Positions 25,438 to 38,607 of a stretch of DNA of 64,000 nt are shown in pieces. The first letter of the stretch is position 1; every line of letters begins with the position of its first letter. The translations under genes were made by a program, and so were the position numbers. This stretch comes from Mobula hypostoma (lineage: Eukaryota): positions 105,340,001-105,404,000 of the forward strand of contig NC_086097.1 of the NCBI RefSeq assembly GCF_963921235.1, in the 5' to 3' direction. A model generated the notes under the pieces. That model made no database searches. It had not been told where the DNA came from and saw nothing but the letters and a program-made list of their open reading frames with translations.

Positions 25438-26534
25438 TGCGGAGCCCATGAAACTCACCTCTGAATTTACAGCTTCACACTAGAGCCTGATTTCCATGTG
25501 AGTCACTGTCTTGTGCCTCCACATCTCAATTTCTCCTATCAACGCATCTCCTTGAAATTATAATTGTAAGATGTTCCAAGTGGCTCACATCATTATTGAC
25601 TATGTACAGCTTCCCAGCCAGACTGCAACCACAACCACCCTCAGTGACCTGTATAGACAAGTTACTGATTTCTCAAATGTTCTTGTGGCTACATGTTCCA
25701 CAGGGAACCTTGGATGTAATGGTGTCGGAAAGAGAACCTCTGGAAAAATACTAATCCATACCTCTACTGCAGCAGACACACTTCTGATCAGTTCCCCATA
25801 CCTTGTCTTCCTCTATCCTGGCCATCTTTATGACTATTGCTTATGTATATTCTCCACCCCACACCTGTCAGTCAGTCTCCCTGCATCCCTTCCCACAATT
25901 ACCATCATTTAAGCTGCTGTTGACAACTGCCATCCTATCTGATTGGAAGAGAATGAGAAACTGGAGAAAGGGCTGGACACTTTTCCTGCAGTAGTGTTCC
26001 AGAGACTCCCAACTAAAGGAATGGTGCCCTGTAATTCAGATACCTCGTCTCAAAATGGACCATCGTCTGCACACCATTTCTCTCTTCACAATTCTTGTAC
26101 TTGCTACTGTGACACCCATGCTAGTTTTTTTAAATAAGGGACTTCTCTAAACTAAAAAAAAAATCCAAGTCCTTTCCCTCATAATTAAAGAATGATCCAA
26201 GCTCCGATTAGTTATCTCCACAACTGTCTCCATTGAGAGTTTCAGGCACTGGCTGTACATGGTGCTAATGCAGTAAGTCGCCTTTAGAAGGGGCATGTAT
26301 GCTCTGCTAGTTGGGTGAAGCTGGCTTTCCCCTTGGACAAAATTCTCTACACAAAGCTTATGTTTATCAGGGACCTTACTTCATTACTTATTAGTGAGTT
26401 GTGTACAGTGAGTAAAATATATTGCACATTTAATCATTTTTCTCCAACTGAGTGTATTGGGAAATGTTTAATAATGTGAAATGTGATCACAAACTTTATC
26501 CTTTCACCTTCACCTGTCTCAATACTTTTTCTAA

Positions 26535-26540
26535 AATAAA
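26535..26540 (+). terminator. Candidate SNAP23 polyadenylation signal AATAAA
   Basis: First canonical hexamer I found after the stop codon; followed by GT-rich gttgttgt. Confidence 0.55.
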
Positions 26541-27168
26541 GATGCATATTCTCCCCTGTAGTTGTTGTAATTGAAATTCAATTCAGAGCATTATTATATA
26601 CAAGGCAGGAGAATGGGGCAGCCCAAGCAAACTTTACTTTGTTCCCTCCATTCTGCTTTTTCACATCAAATTAGGAAACAGGAATAGGAATAGGATCAAA
26701 ATATTTGCACACGAATGACAAATGGTAACCCTGTCTCATCAACAAGTGTTTACACAAGGGATAAAGGTTGCAATTACATCTTGAAACTGAGCCTTGACAG
26801 AATGGCAGATGCCCCAGGTTGCCAACAGTGAAGAGTGTGGGAGATAGCTGACCATTCACACTCTTGGTCAGATTATACCCCTCAAGGTAGTGTGCACAGT
26901 GCTGAAGAGATCAAAAAAGCAACAGTGTCTTGGGAGTGAGTAAAGCCAAATGCCCTCATTTAGCAGCAGCTTAAAGTAGAGTGTGTAGTGTCTTATAAAA
27001 CCATCAGCTTAACTGCAAAACAGATAAGGAATTCATGTCCATTTCTCCTACAACATAGTAGAGGTACTTCCACTCCCGTGGCCTAACAAGCTACTATATT
27101 GTTTAACCAGCCATCGATGGACCAGCCCGTTGTCCCATAGTTCAAAGGCTCGTGCACCTAGATGTCCA

Positions 27169-27210
27169 TTAAGCAAATTTCTTCTTTGTTGCTGTAAAGC
27201 GCTCCATGTA
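27169..27210 (-). CDS. LRRC57: LRRC57 last coding exon (YMERFTATKKKFA*)
   Basis: cctttcag acceptor; matches the LRRC57 C-terminus as I recall it. Confidence 0.94.
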   Translation of the reverse strand, partial: YMERFTATKKKFA

Positions 27211-27371
27211 CTGAAAGGAGAAAGAATAAATCGCAAGTCAGACAGCAGCAGCACCACAATCATCCAGTAAGGACAGGCCAGCACCCTGAGCTCCAAACCC
27301 ATACAGATGCAACAGCTGAGAATTCCTGGTCTTATTGCTGCTAAGCAAGCCACCACACAGCAACCTTCCTA

Positions 27372-27611
<240 letters not shown>

Positions 27612-27999
27612 CTAGCAGACACACAGCTGCTATTGCTGGAAATCTATAGCATCACAAAGGAACTGGAGAAATTCAGGTGGTCAGGCAGCATCAAACTGCT
27701 AGTTTGTCTTTCAGAACTTAAAGAATCATTGACCTGACATATTGTCTCCACATTTGCTGCCTGATCAACTGTTTCCAGCATTCTCTGCTTCTGTTACAGC
27801 TTTTCAGCGTCTGTTGTTTTGCTTTCAATAACTGATGCAGCTATAAGTTTGTTTAGGATTATATGTTCCTATCCAAGTACCTCAACTGGATTACTCAAGT
27901 TTCCCAACTTCAAGATAATATATATGCAGTACATGCAGTCTTACTTCATAATATAACTGTGCCAAACTATACTAGAACTTTTCAGATATAGTAACCGAC

Positions 28000-28268
28000 C
28001 TGGTTCTGGTTGACATTAAGTTCAATAGCCTGCAGCTGCTCCAGGTCATCCGGAAGACGCTGGATCTGATTCTTGGACAGGTCCACCACATCCAGGTGTC
28101 GTAGTTGACATAGTTGGAGGGGAAACTCCCGCAGCCGGTTCCCAGAGAGACTCAGGGTCTTCAAGGCTGCCAGCTGCCCAAAACTGGAAGGGAGATGCTT
28201 CAATGAGTTAGCACAGAGGTGAAGACTCTCCAGTTTCCTCAGCTTGCCCAAATCCTCAGGAAGAACAG
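28000..28268 (-). CDS. LRRC57: LRRC57 coding exon 3 (269 bp; LRRs)
   Basis: cag/gtcggt splice sites; LxxLxLxxN repeats; phase consistent with neighbours. Confidence 0.95.
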
Positions 28269-28590
28269 CTGACAGGAAGGGAAAGACAAACTTGTTCAAT
28301 GGGTGGGATTGATAACAAGTGAAGGTACTGAGCAATAGTACGATTGTGGGTCACTGCAAGGCTTTAAACCTTAGGACAGAAAGGTTCATGTTTCTGGAAC
28401 ACTGACCACCAGAGGCAGGCAGCGACTCGGATTGGTTGCACAAGGGTTGTATGATGCAGTAAGAGAAAAGGGTATAGCCGCCTGGGATTAGGATCAGTCA
28501 ATAACGGCCCGAACAGAATGTATGGGCTATACCTACCCAAAACCTGGAACCAGAAATAATTGAGTGTAAACAATGCTGTTGAGGTGTTCA

Positions 28591-28989
<399 letters not shown>

Positions 28990-30540
28990 TCATCTGTAAG
29001 GATTGCTAAAGGATTAAAAACGCCATCGTATATCTCCCGCCCCTCTCCCCCCCCCCACCAATTACCATCCAGAGTCTTCCACGCCAAATCCCAACTTGCA
29101 CCCAGATGGTGGATGCACAATAGAGTATCCGCATCTGGGTTCAGTGGAGTGTTAGCCAAGGACTGAAGCAAACTCGTTAATCTCACTAGAACCAATACTG
29201 TCAGTGGATATGGGAATACTATCATGGGACATTAATTTGCATACAGGTTGACCATACAGTCACAGAATAACAGACTGGGTACAGGTTGGGAGTATAGTCA
29301 AGTTGGGTACGGGTTAGGAGTATGATCAATGGAACAAAATATCAGGTAGGATGCAGGGGAGGAATTTTTAATCACCTACATTCACAAACTGAGTGAAAAC
29401 TGAATGTAGGAAATGATTGCTCTCATATCTACTTCCTTAGGACTGGTGACAACAACCAGCCTTGTATTTCCTTTAACCTCTTTGGCCCTACAGCAGAACT
29501 GAGAGTGCTTACTGAATGCACACTGAGTGAGTGACAACCTGCGTGCAGCTTTCTTACACAAACCCCCCCTCCTGATAGTCGCTACAGAGCCTGTATGCTG
29601 CAATTCTCTATGTATTCCCATTTTGATGTCTCATCTATTGTCCCAACAGGCACCCCAGTTTTTCTTGTCCTTCAATTATTAGCAGCAATACTCCTGTTCC
29701 AATGTGCTTCAGTTTCCCTCCTAGGGAACTTCGCGTCCCCTCGTATATTTTAGCCATCAGTTGACATGTCATTTATTTCACATCTACCATGGCAATGTCC
29801 ATTTCTATCTAGGAATACAGGTTCTTAATTCGCTGAAAGTGGCGTCACAGGTTGTAAAGAAAGCTTTTGGCACATTGGTCTTCATACATCAATGTATTGA
29901 GTATAGAAGATGGGATGGGATGTTATGTTGGAAGTTGTAGAAGGCATTGGTGAGGTCTCATTTGGAGTACTGTGCATGCTTTTCTGGTCAGCTAACTACA
30001 ACAAAAATATCAATATGATTGAAGAGTGTAAAGAGTCTGTACAAGGATGTTGCTGGGTCTGGAGAAGCAGAGATTTGACAGGTTAGAATGTAAGATTATG
30101 AGGAGATTTGATAGAGATAGACAAAATTACGAGGGTATAGATAGGGTAAATGCAAGGAAGCTTTTTCCACTGAGGTTGGATGGGACTACAACCAGAGGTC
30201 ATGGGTCAAGGGTGAAAGGTGAGAAGTTTTAGGGGAACATGAGGGGAAAGTTCTTCACTCAGAAGGTTGAGAGTGTGGAATGAGCTGACAGAAGATGCCT
30301 GCAGCAGTCAGCAAATCCATCTCACCAATGTCCCAAACATCTAGAACATAAGCCTGCACCTCAATATTGTCTGACACCAAAGAAAACTGTTGCAATTAAA
30401 TACTGAGCTGGCTTTGTTCTTTCACACCCCCATCTTTAACAACTGCCAACAACTCTCCCAGATATGAAGATGAAAATATTCACAAATGAATCTAAGAAAG
30501 CCACACCATCACAACATCCATTTATTCCTTAACAGTATCA

Positions 30541-30804
<264 letters not shown>

Positions 30805-31159
30805 TCATATCTAAAAAAAAGACAAAAAAAACAACTGACAACATCCACTGATGCCGTTGCTGGGTCTATACTATGATATCAACCAATTCAAGTCCTCACT
30901 GTCGATGCTCCAAGTTCTGGGTCACCAGGACTATTTGCCCAATAACACATCAATGTCGGCAGTTCTTAACAGACAAGGGCAGAATTAGAGCCGAATCTGC
31001 TCCGCCATTCATCATGGCTGATCTACTATCCCTCTCAACCCCATTCTCCCGCCCTCTCCACATAACTTTTGATGCCCCTACAAGTTTTCTTTAAACGTTA
31101 TTTCTGTTTTTCTGTTTTTGGACTATTTTAAATTTAACTATTTAATATAGAGTAATATT

Positions 31160-31625
31160 AGAGACAGAGGGTGGAAGGTCTCATGCTATCCATTCAAAGT
31201 AGGCTGCCGTGGGTTTATTGCGTTCACTCTCCAGAAGTGGCTGCGTGAGCTTGGCTTCACTAGAAGAGAGATCAAGTCAACCAGCAAGTCTGTAGCTGAG
31301 GCATCAGAGAGAGGATCAGCATGGGTGTGGACCAAGTATGTCCAGAGGGGCAGATAGTCGGACAGTGTATCCATCTTTTGCAAACCCTTCAGTAGTTGCA
31401 TAGACACCTGAAGAGCAGACTATCTGTTGGATGGAAGTGACCAACAACTCTGATAGAGGCAGATGCCAAGTTTTTAAGCTCACCAGTGGGAGGTGGTGCT
31501 TTAGCACTGCTGGCCCACCACCTCGAGGGCGTCTTGATCAGAAGCGGGCCGAAACTCCTGAAGACAGGTGGCAGATCAATTGATGATCCCACTGGTGATA
31601 GCACAGGACAGTTAACATCTTAGTC
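31160..31625 (+). mobile_element. HERO-like (R2 group, restriction-like endonuclease) non-LTR 3' fragment
   Basis: 31160-31357 reads RDRGWKVSCYPFKVGCRGF..LRELG..AEASERGSAWVW*, resembling the GW..P.EVGCRGF..S.W.W C-terminus. Confidence 0.72.
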
Positions 31626-32872
31626 CACGTGTATTCTGTAACTATTTACTGTAATTGGTTTACTGATTGTTTTCCTATATCATGTACTGAATTGTATTGC
31701 TGCCACTAAGTTAACATTCATGACATATGCCAGTGATTCTAACATCAAGAACCTACCAACCTTTAAATATTCCCAAACTGTGGCAATGTGTCATTGCCTG
31801 TGGCAATGAATTACAGATTCACAATCCCCTGGCTAAACTTCCTCTTCATCTCTGATCTTTTCACCTTCTGAAAATCCACGTAAACATCCATTGACTCTCC
31901 TACTGTAGAAAACATTCTCTCTACATCCACTCTATTAAGCATTTCAATATTGGGTAGGTTTCATTGAGATAACACCCCCCCCTCCAAATTCTTCTAAACA
32001 GCAGCAAGTACTGGTCCAGAACCCTCCAACGGTGCTCATACATTAACTCTTTCATTCCCAGGATCATTTTTGTTAACCTTCATCAACATCAGCACATACT
32101 TTCTTAGACAAGAGGCCCAAAACTACTCACAACACTCCAAGTACGGTCTGACTACTGCCTTATAAAGCCTCAGCATCACATCCTTGCTTTTATATTCTAG
32201 ATCTCGCAAAATAAATGCTAACATTGCATTTGCCTTGACTCAACTTATAACATATAATATGAAAAGAATCAGTCTCAGTACTGACCCCTGCAGAACACAA
32301 CTAGTCAGAGGCAGCCAACCAGAAAAGGCTCCCTTTATTCCCAAGCTTCACCTCCTGCCACTCAGCCAATGCTAGTAGCTTTCCTTTAATAACATGGGCT
32401 ATTATCTTGTTTAGTTGTCTGATGTATGACACCTTGTCAAAGGCCTTCTGAAAATACAAGTAAACAACATCCATTAACTCTGTCTATCCTGCTTGTTACT
32501 TCTTCAAAAATAAAATAAATAAATCCAACAGATTTGTCAGGCAAGATTCAAACCCCCCCCCCCCCCAGAGGAAGGAAGCCATGCTGAATTTGGCTCATCT
32601 TATCATGTGTCTCAAGCCTGAAACCTTATCCTTCAAAGTGGACTCCAACATCTTACCAACCACAACTGGCCGATAATTTCCTGCCTTTTGCCCCCCTTCT
32701 TCTTAAAGACTGGAGTGACATTTGCAATTTTCCAGGCCTCTGGAACCATTCCAGAAAATAGTTATTCTTGAAAGATCATTACTAATGCCTCCACAATCTC
32801 TTCTGCCACCTCTTTCACCAGGGTGTACACCATCTGGACTTATCTACCTTTAAGCTTCCCAAGCACCTTCTC

Positions 32873-33080
32873 AAACACAAAATACTCTGCAGATGCTGGG
32901 GTCAAAGCAACACTCACAACACGCTGGAGGAACTCAGCAGGTCGGCCAGCATCCGTGGAAACGATCAGTCAACGTTTTGGGCCAGACATTGTTCACATTG
33001 TTCCGGCCCAAAACGTTGACTGATCGTTTCCACAGATGCTGCCCAACCTGCTGAGTTCCTCCAGCGTGTTCTGAGTGTTG
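32873..33080. mobile_element. Fold-back Penelope-terminus element
   Basis: ~77-bp near-perfect inverted arms 32907-32983 / 33005-33081; imperfect TSD ccaagca(cc/gt)ttctc. Confidence 0.85.
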
Positions 33081-33659
33081 CCAAGCAGTTTCTCCTTAGT
33101 AATGGCAACTACACCCACCTCTACTCCCAGCACTCTAATTTCTAACATACTGCTGGTGACTTCCACAGTGAAGACTGACACAAAAATACTTAAGAGTTTG
33201 GCTGCCATTTATTTGTCCTCCATAACTAGCTCTCCAGCAGTCTAATACCCATTCCCTCTTTTCTTTTGCTTGTCTTTGACCTCCTGTCAGCCATGGTTGC
33301 CTCATCTTCCTCCTTTGGGATGAATCTATCCTGTGCCTTCATAATTACTCCAAGAAATTCCTGCTATCGCAGTTCTGCTGTGATCCCTGCTAGTATCCCC
33401 TTCCAATCAACCTAGGCCAGATTCTCTGTAATTTCCTTTACTTCACTGTAATACTAATACATCTGCAGGGTGAATCCTATCATATTATGATTACTGCCTG
33501 TTAAACTCCTGAATTAAATCTGATTCATGACACAACACCCATTCCAGATCTGCCTTTTCTCTCCTGGGCTTAACCACAGGCTGCTCTTAAAAGGCATCTT
33601 GTAGGCATTCTGCAAATTACTTCTCTTGGAATCCAACAACCACCTGATTTTCCCAATCA

Positions 33660-35946
33660 TTGAACATGGAATAGTACAGCACAACACAGGCCCTTCAGCC
33701 CACATTGTTGTGCTGACCCTCAAACCCCACCTCCCATATCACCCCCCACCTTAAATTCCTCCATATACCTGTCTAGTAGTCTCCTAAACTTCACTAGTGT
33801 ATCTGCTTCCACCACTGACTCAGGCAGTGCATTCCACGCACCAACCACTCTCTGGGTAAAAAACCTTCCTCTAATATCCCCCTTGAACTTCCCACAAAGC
33901 CATGTCCTCTTGTATTCAGCAGTGGTGCCCTGGGGAAGAGGCGCTGGCTATCCACTCTATCTATTCCTCTTAATATCTTGTATACCTCTATCATGTCTCC
34001 TCTTATCCCCCTTCTCTCCAAAGAGTAAAGCCCCAGCTCCCTTAATCTCTGATCATAATCCATACTCTCTAAACCAGGCAGCATCCTGGTAAATCTCCTC
34101 TGTATCCTTTCCAATGCTTCTACATCCTTCCTATAGTGAGACGACCAGAACTGGACACAGTACTGCAAGTGTGGCCTAATCAGAGTTTACAGAGCTGCAT
34201 CACTACCTCGTGACTCTTGAACTCTATCCTTCGACTTATGAAAGCTAACACCCCATAAGCTTTCTTAACTACCCTATCCACCTGTGAAGCAACTTTCAGG
34301 GATTTGTGGACATGTACCCCCAGATCCCTATGCTCCTCCACACTACCAAGTATCCTGCCATTTACTTTGTACTCTGCCTTGGAGTTTGTCCTTCCAAAGT
34401 GTACCACATCACACTTCTCCGGGTTGAACTCCATCTGCCACTTTTCAACCACTTCTGCAACCTATGTCTCTCTGCAATCTTCGACTATCCACAACACCAA
34501 CAACCTTAGTGAAATCTGCAAACCTGCCAACCCGCCCTTCTACCCCCACATCCAGGTCGTTAATTAAAATCACAAAAAGTCAAGGCCCCAGAATTGATCC
34601 TTGTGGGACACCACTAGTCACAACCCTCCAATCCGAATGTACTCCCTCCACCACGATCCTCTGCCTTCTGCAGGTAAGCCAATTCTGAATCCACCTGGCC
34701 AAACTTCCTTGGATCCCATGCTTTCTGACTTTCTGAATAAGCCTACCGTGTGGAACCTTGACAAACGTCTTACTTTAGTCCATATAGATCACATCCACTG
34801 CACTAGCCTCATCTATATGCTTGTTCACCTCCTCAAAGAACTCTATCAGGCTTGTTAGACACAAAGACATGCTGACTGTCCCTGATCAGACCATGATTCT
34901 CTAAATGCCCAGAGATCCTATCTCTAAGAATCTTTTCCAACAGCTTTCCCACCACTGACGAAAGGCTCACTGGTCGATAATTACCCAGACTATCCCTACC
35001 AACTTTTTTGAACAAGGAGGCAACATTCACCTCCCTCCAATCTTCCGGTACCATTCCCGTAGACAATGAGGACATAAAGATCCTAGCCAGAGGCTCAGCA
35101 ATCTCTTACCTCGCCCTCATGCAGCAGCCTGGGGAATATTCTGTCAGGCCCCGGAGACTTATCCGTCCTAATGTATTTTAATAACTCCAACACCTCCTCT
35201 CCCTTAATATCAACATGCTCCAGAACATCAACCTCACTCATATTGTCCTCACCATCATCAAATTCCCTCTCATTGGTGAATACCTAAGAGGAGTATTCTT
35301 TGAGGACCTCGCTCACTTGCAGCCTCCAGGCACATCTTCCCACCTTTATCTCTAATCAGTCCTACCTTCACTCCTGTCATCCTTTTGTTCTTCACATAAT
35401 TGAAGAATGCTTTGGGGTTTTCCTTTACCCTACTCGCCAAGGCCTTCTCATGCCCCCTTCTGGCTCTTCTCAGCCCCTTACGCTCCTTTCTTACTACCCT
35501 ATATTCCTCAATAGACCCATCTGATCCTTGCTTCCTAAACCTCATGTATGCTGCCTTCTTCCACCTGACTAGATTTTCCACTTGTCACCCATGGTTCCTT
35601 CACCCTACCATTCTTTATCTTCCTCACCAGGACAAATTTATCCCTAACACCCTGCAAGAGATCTCTAAACATAGACCACATGTCCATAGTACATTTCCCT
35701 GCAAAAACATCATCCCAATTCACACCTGTAAGTTCTAGCCTTATAGCCTCATAATTTGCCCTTCCACAATTGAAAAATTTCCTGTCCTCTCTGCTTCTAT
35801 CCTTTTCCATGATAATGCTGAAGGTCAGGGAATGGTTGTCACTGTCCCCCAGATACTCACCCACTGAGAGATCTGTGAACTGACCTGGTTCGTTACCTAA
35901 TACTAGATCTAGTATGGCATTCCCCTTAGTCGGCCTGTCAACATAC
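33660..35946 (-). mobile_element. CR1-clade LINE, 5'-truncated
   Basis: Serial ORF2 pieces (KENPKAFFNY, PEDWR..NYRPVSL, WQMEFNPEKC, YCVQFWS). Confidence 0.92.
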
Positions 35947-36339
35947 CTGTCCCGCTTATGGCATTCCCATCCATGAGTTTCTCACCATCAAAATCCTGGA
36001 GTTATCAATCTTTCTGCATAATAAAATCCCCCGTGTCTCTCAAACCCCAATTCTACTGAACGTTCAAGAACCATGGAAAAAATTCCACACATTTAGACAA
36101 GTCCCAAGCAGCGACACCACCTCCCCGCCACCCCCGGAACCACCAAACAAGTCGTTGTTCACTTCTTATCGCGCTTATAGCATTCCAATCCATGAGTTCC
36201 TCAACATCAAAATCCTGGAGTTACCAACCAGTGGCGAAAACTAACCCACACGAAACTCCATGGGCACAAGCGGTCAGAAACCAAGTACCTGTAACAATAA
36301 TACCTTCCTGCCGCAGTGAGTACAGCTTTGCTTCCTCAG

Positions 36340-36800
36340 AAAACACTGTGTATTTGCGAGGCCTGGGCTCGGCCCGAACCGGCTTGGCCTTGTCCACCCC
36401 ACCTGAGTAAATGACTTCTCCTCGAGTACCAAAGCCTGTAGCCGGAAACTCCATGTCGGCACTTCCGATTGTCCTCAGCGCTCGTCGCAAAATCAACGAA
36501 AGTTTGTGTTGCTGCGACGCGCACTTCGTGTCAAACCATTTATAACGTGGCGGACGGTGCTTCGTCATATTTGCGCGACTTCGTGAAACGTCATCGGCAT
36601 TCGAGTGAATATCGGCGCGAAACCAGAAATCGGTGAGTGATGGCGGCTCAGGTTGTGTCATGTACGTGGACTCGCACCTCTCACGATTCCCCTTCGCCCA
36701 GCCTAACTGCACCACAACATCCCCACTCACAGCCCCTGCCAATGAGGGCCATGCTAAGGCTTAGGCAGCGGTGGGCGTTTCATCAATATAACTCCGCCGC
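36340..36800. promoter_or_regulatory. CpG island, probable bidirectional LRRC57/HAUS2 promoter
   Basis: Main non-repeat CpG-dense patch; E2F site ggcgcgaaa 36614-36622; ETS-like acttccg ~36461; acgtca ~36586; + strand donor CG|gtgagt at 36633; lies between divergent genes. Confidence 0.8.
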
Positions 36801-36805
36801 TTCCT

Positions 36806-38580
36806 CAAAGTTGCTGGTGAACGCAGCAGGCCAGGCAGCATCTCTAGGAAGAGGTACAGTGGACGTTTCAGACCGAGACCCTTCGTCAGGTCTAACTGAA
36901 AGAAGAACTAGTAAGAGATTTGAAAATGGGAGGGGGAGACCCGAAATGATAGGAGAAGACAGGAGGGGGAGGGATGGAGCCAAGAGCTGGACAGGTGATT
37001 GGCAAAAGGGATACGAGAGGATCATGGGACAGGAGGCCCAGGGAGAAGGAAAAGGGGGAGGGGGAAAACCCAGAGGATGGGCAAGGGGTTTAGTCAGAGG
37101 GACAGAGGGAGAAAAAGGAGAGAGAGAGAGAGAGAAAAAGAATGTGTGTATATAAATAAATAACGGATGGGGTACGAGGGGGAGGTGGGGCATTAGCGGA
37201 AGTTAGAGAAGTCAATGTTCATGCCATCAGGTTGGAGGCTACCCAGACGGAATATAAGGTGTTGTTCCTCCAACCTGAGTGTGGCTTCACCTTAACAGTA
37301 GAGGAGGCCGTGGATAGACATATCAGAATGGGAATTCAAAGATTCAAAAAACTTTATTGTCATTCTAACCGTACATCAGCTCTGTAGGGCAGAATGAGAC
37401 AGCGTTTCCCAGGAGCAGTGCAATCATAACATAACAAACGCAACACTAAATAATAAATATAACAATAAATAGTAAAACACAACAGCCACATGTCGGTTAA
37501 AATCAGTTATAAGTGTCCAGTGCAAGTTAAAAATGTCTAAAGCAGAGTCAGGTGGAGCAGCTATTTAGCAGTCTGACTGCCTGTGGGAGGAAGCTGTTTA
37601 GTAGCCTTGTAGTTTTAGTTTTGATGCTCCTGTAACGTTTGCCTGATGGCAGAAGAACAACCAGTTCATGGAGAGGGTGTGAGGAGTCTTTAATGATGTA
37701 CTGTGTCTTCTGGAGGCATCGACTCTGAAAGAGGTCTTGGACAGAAGGTAGGGAGACCCCAATAACCTTCTCTGCTTCCCTAACCACCCTCTGCAAGGCT
37801 TTATTGTGGACAGCACTGCAGCTGGAGTACCAGGTTGTGATGCAAAAGGTCAGCACACTCTCAACCACGCTTCTGTAGAAAGTAGTTAAGATGTTAGTGG
37901 GGAGTGACGCTTGTTTAAGCTCTCTCAGAAAGTGCAATCTCTGCTGGGCCCGTTTCACAATCCCAGTGGTGTTCCTGCACCAGGTGAGATTGTCTGAGAT
38001 CTGCACCCATGGGATGAATGGGTTGTTGAATTAAAATGTGTGACCACTGGGAGATCCTGCTTTCTCTGGCAGACAGAGCATAGGTGTTCAGCAAAACGAT
38101 CTCCCAGTCTGCGTCGAGTCTCGCCAATATATAGAAGGTCGCATCGGGAACACTGGACGCAGTATATCACCCCAGTCGACTCACAGGTGAAGTGTTGCCT
38201 CACCTGGAAGGACTGTTTGGGGCCCTGAATGATGGTAAGGGAGGAAGTGTAAGGGCATGTGTAGCACTTGTTCTGCTTACATGGGTAAGTGCCAGGAGGG
38301 AGATCAGTGGGGAGGGATGGGGGGAGAACGAATGGACAAGGGAGTCGTGTAGGGAGCGATCCCTGTGGAAAGCGGGGGGGGGGGAAGATGTGCTTAGTGG
38401 TGGGATCCCGTTGGAGGTGGCAGAAGAATAATATTGGAGAATAATATGTTGGACCCGGAGGCTGGTGGGGTGGTAGGTGAGGACCAGGAGAACCCTATTC
38501 CTAGTGGGGTGGCAGGAGGATGGAGTGAGAGCAGATGTACGTGAAATCGGGGAGATGCGTTTCAGAGCAGAGTTGATGGT
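36806..38580 (-). mobile_element. Penelope-like element fragment (GIY-YIG end plus terminus), split by a Rex1 insertion
   Basis: VIYCVQCSRCDLLYIGET (37955-38203); terminus mirrors 38950-39358; mutated hammerhead at 36857-36894. Confidence 0.88.
37335..38008 (-). mobile_element. Rex1/Babar-like LINE 3' fragment
   Basis: IVKRAQQRLHFLR..FYRSVVESVLT..LPSGKRYRSI..NSFLPQAVRLLN; tail tttgaatctttgaa. Confidence 0.85.
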
Positions 38581-38607
38581 GGAGGTCTTAGTGGTGGGAT
38601 CCCGTTG

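Noticed and set aside
31540..31595. Permuted hammerhead-like motif (cgaaac..ttgatga) in the HERO-like 3' UTR
   Set aside because: Core C is missing and there is no convincing UH triplet or helix I.
36221..37155. ~170-aa ORFs over the CpG island
   Set aside because: GC-rich chance ORFs, one running into a repeat; no homology recognised.
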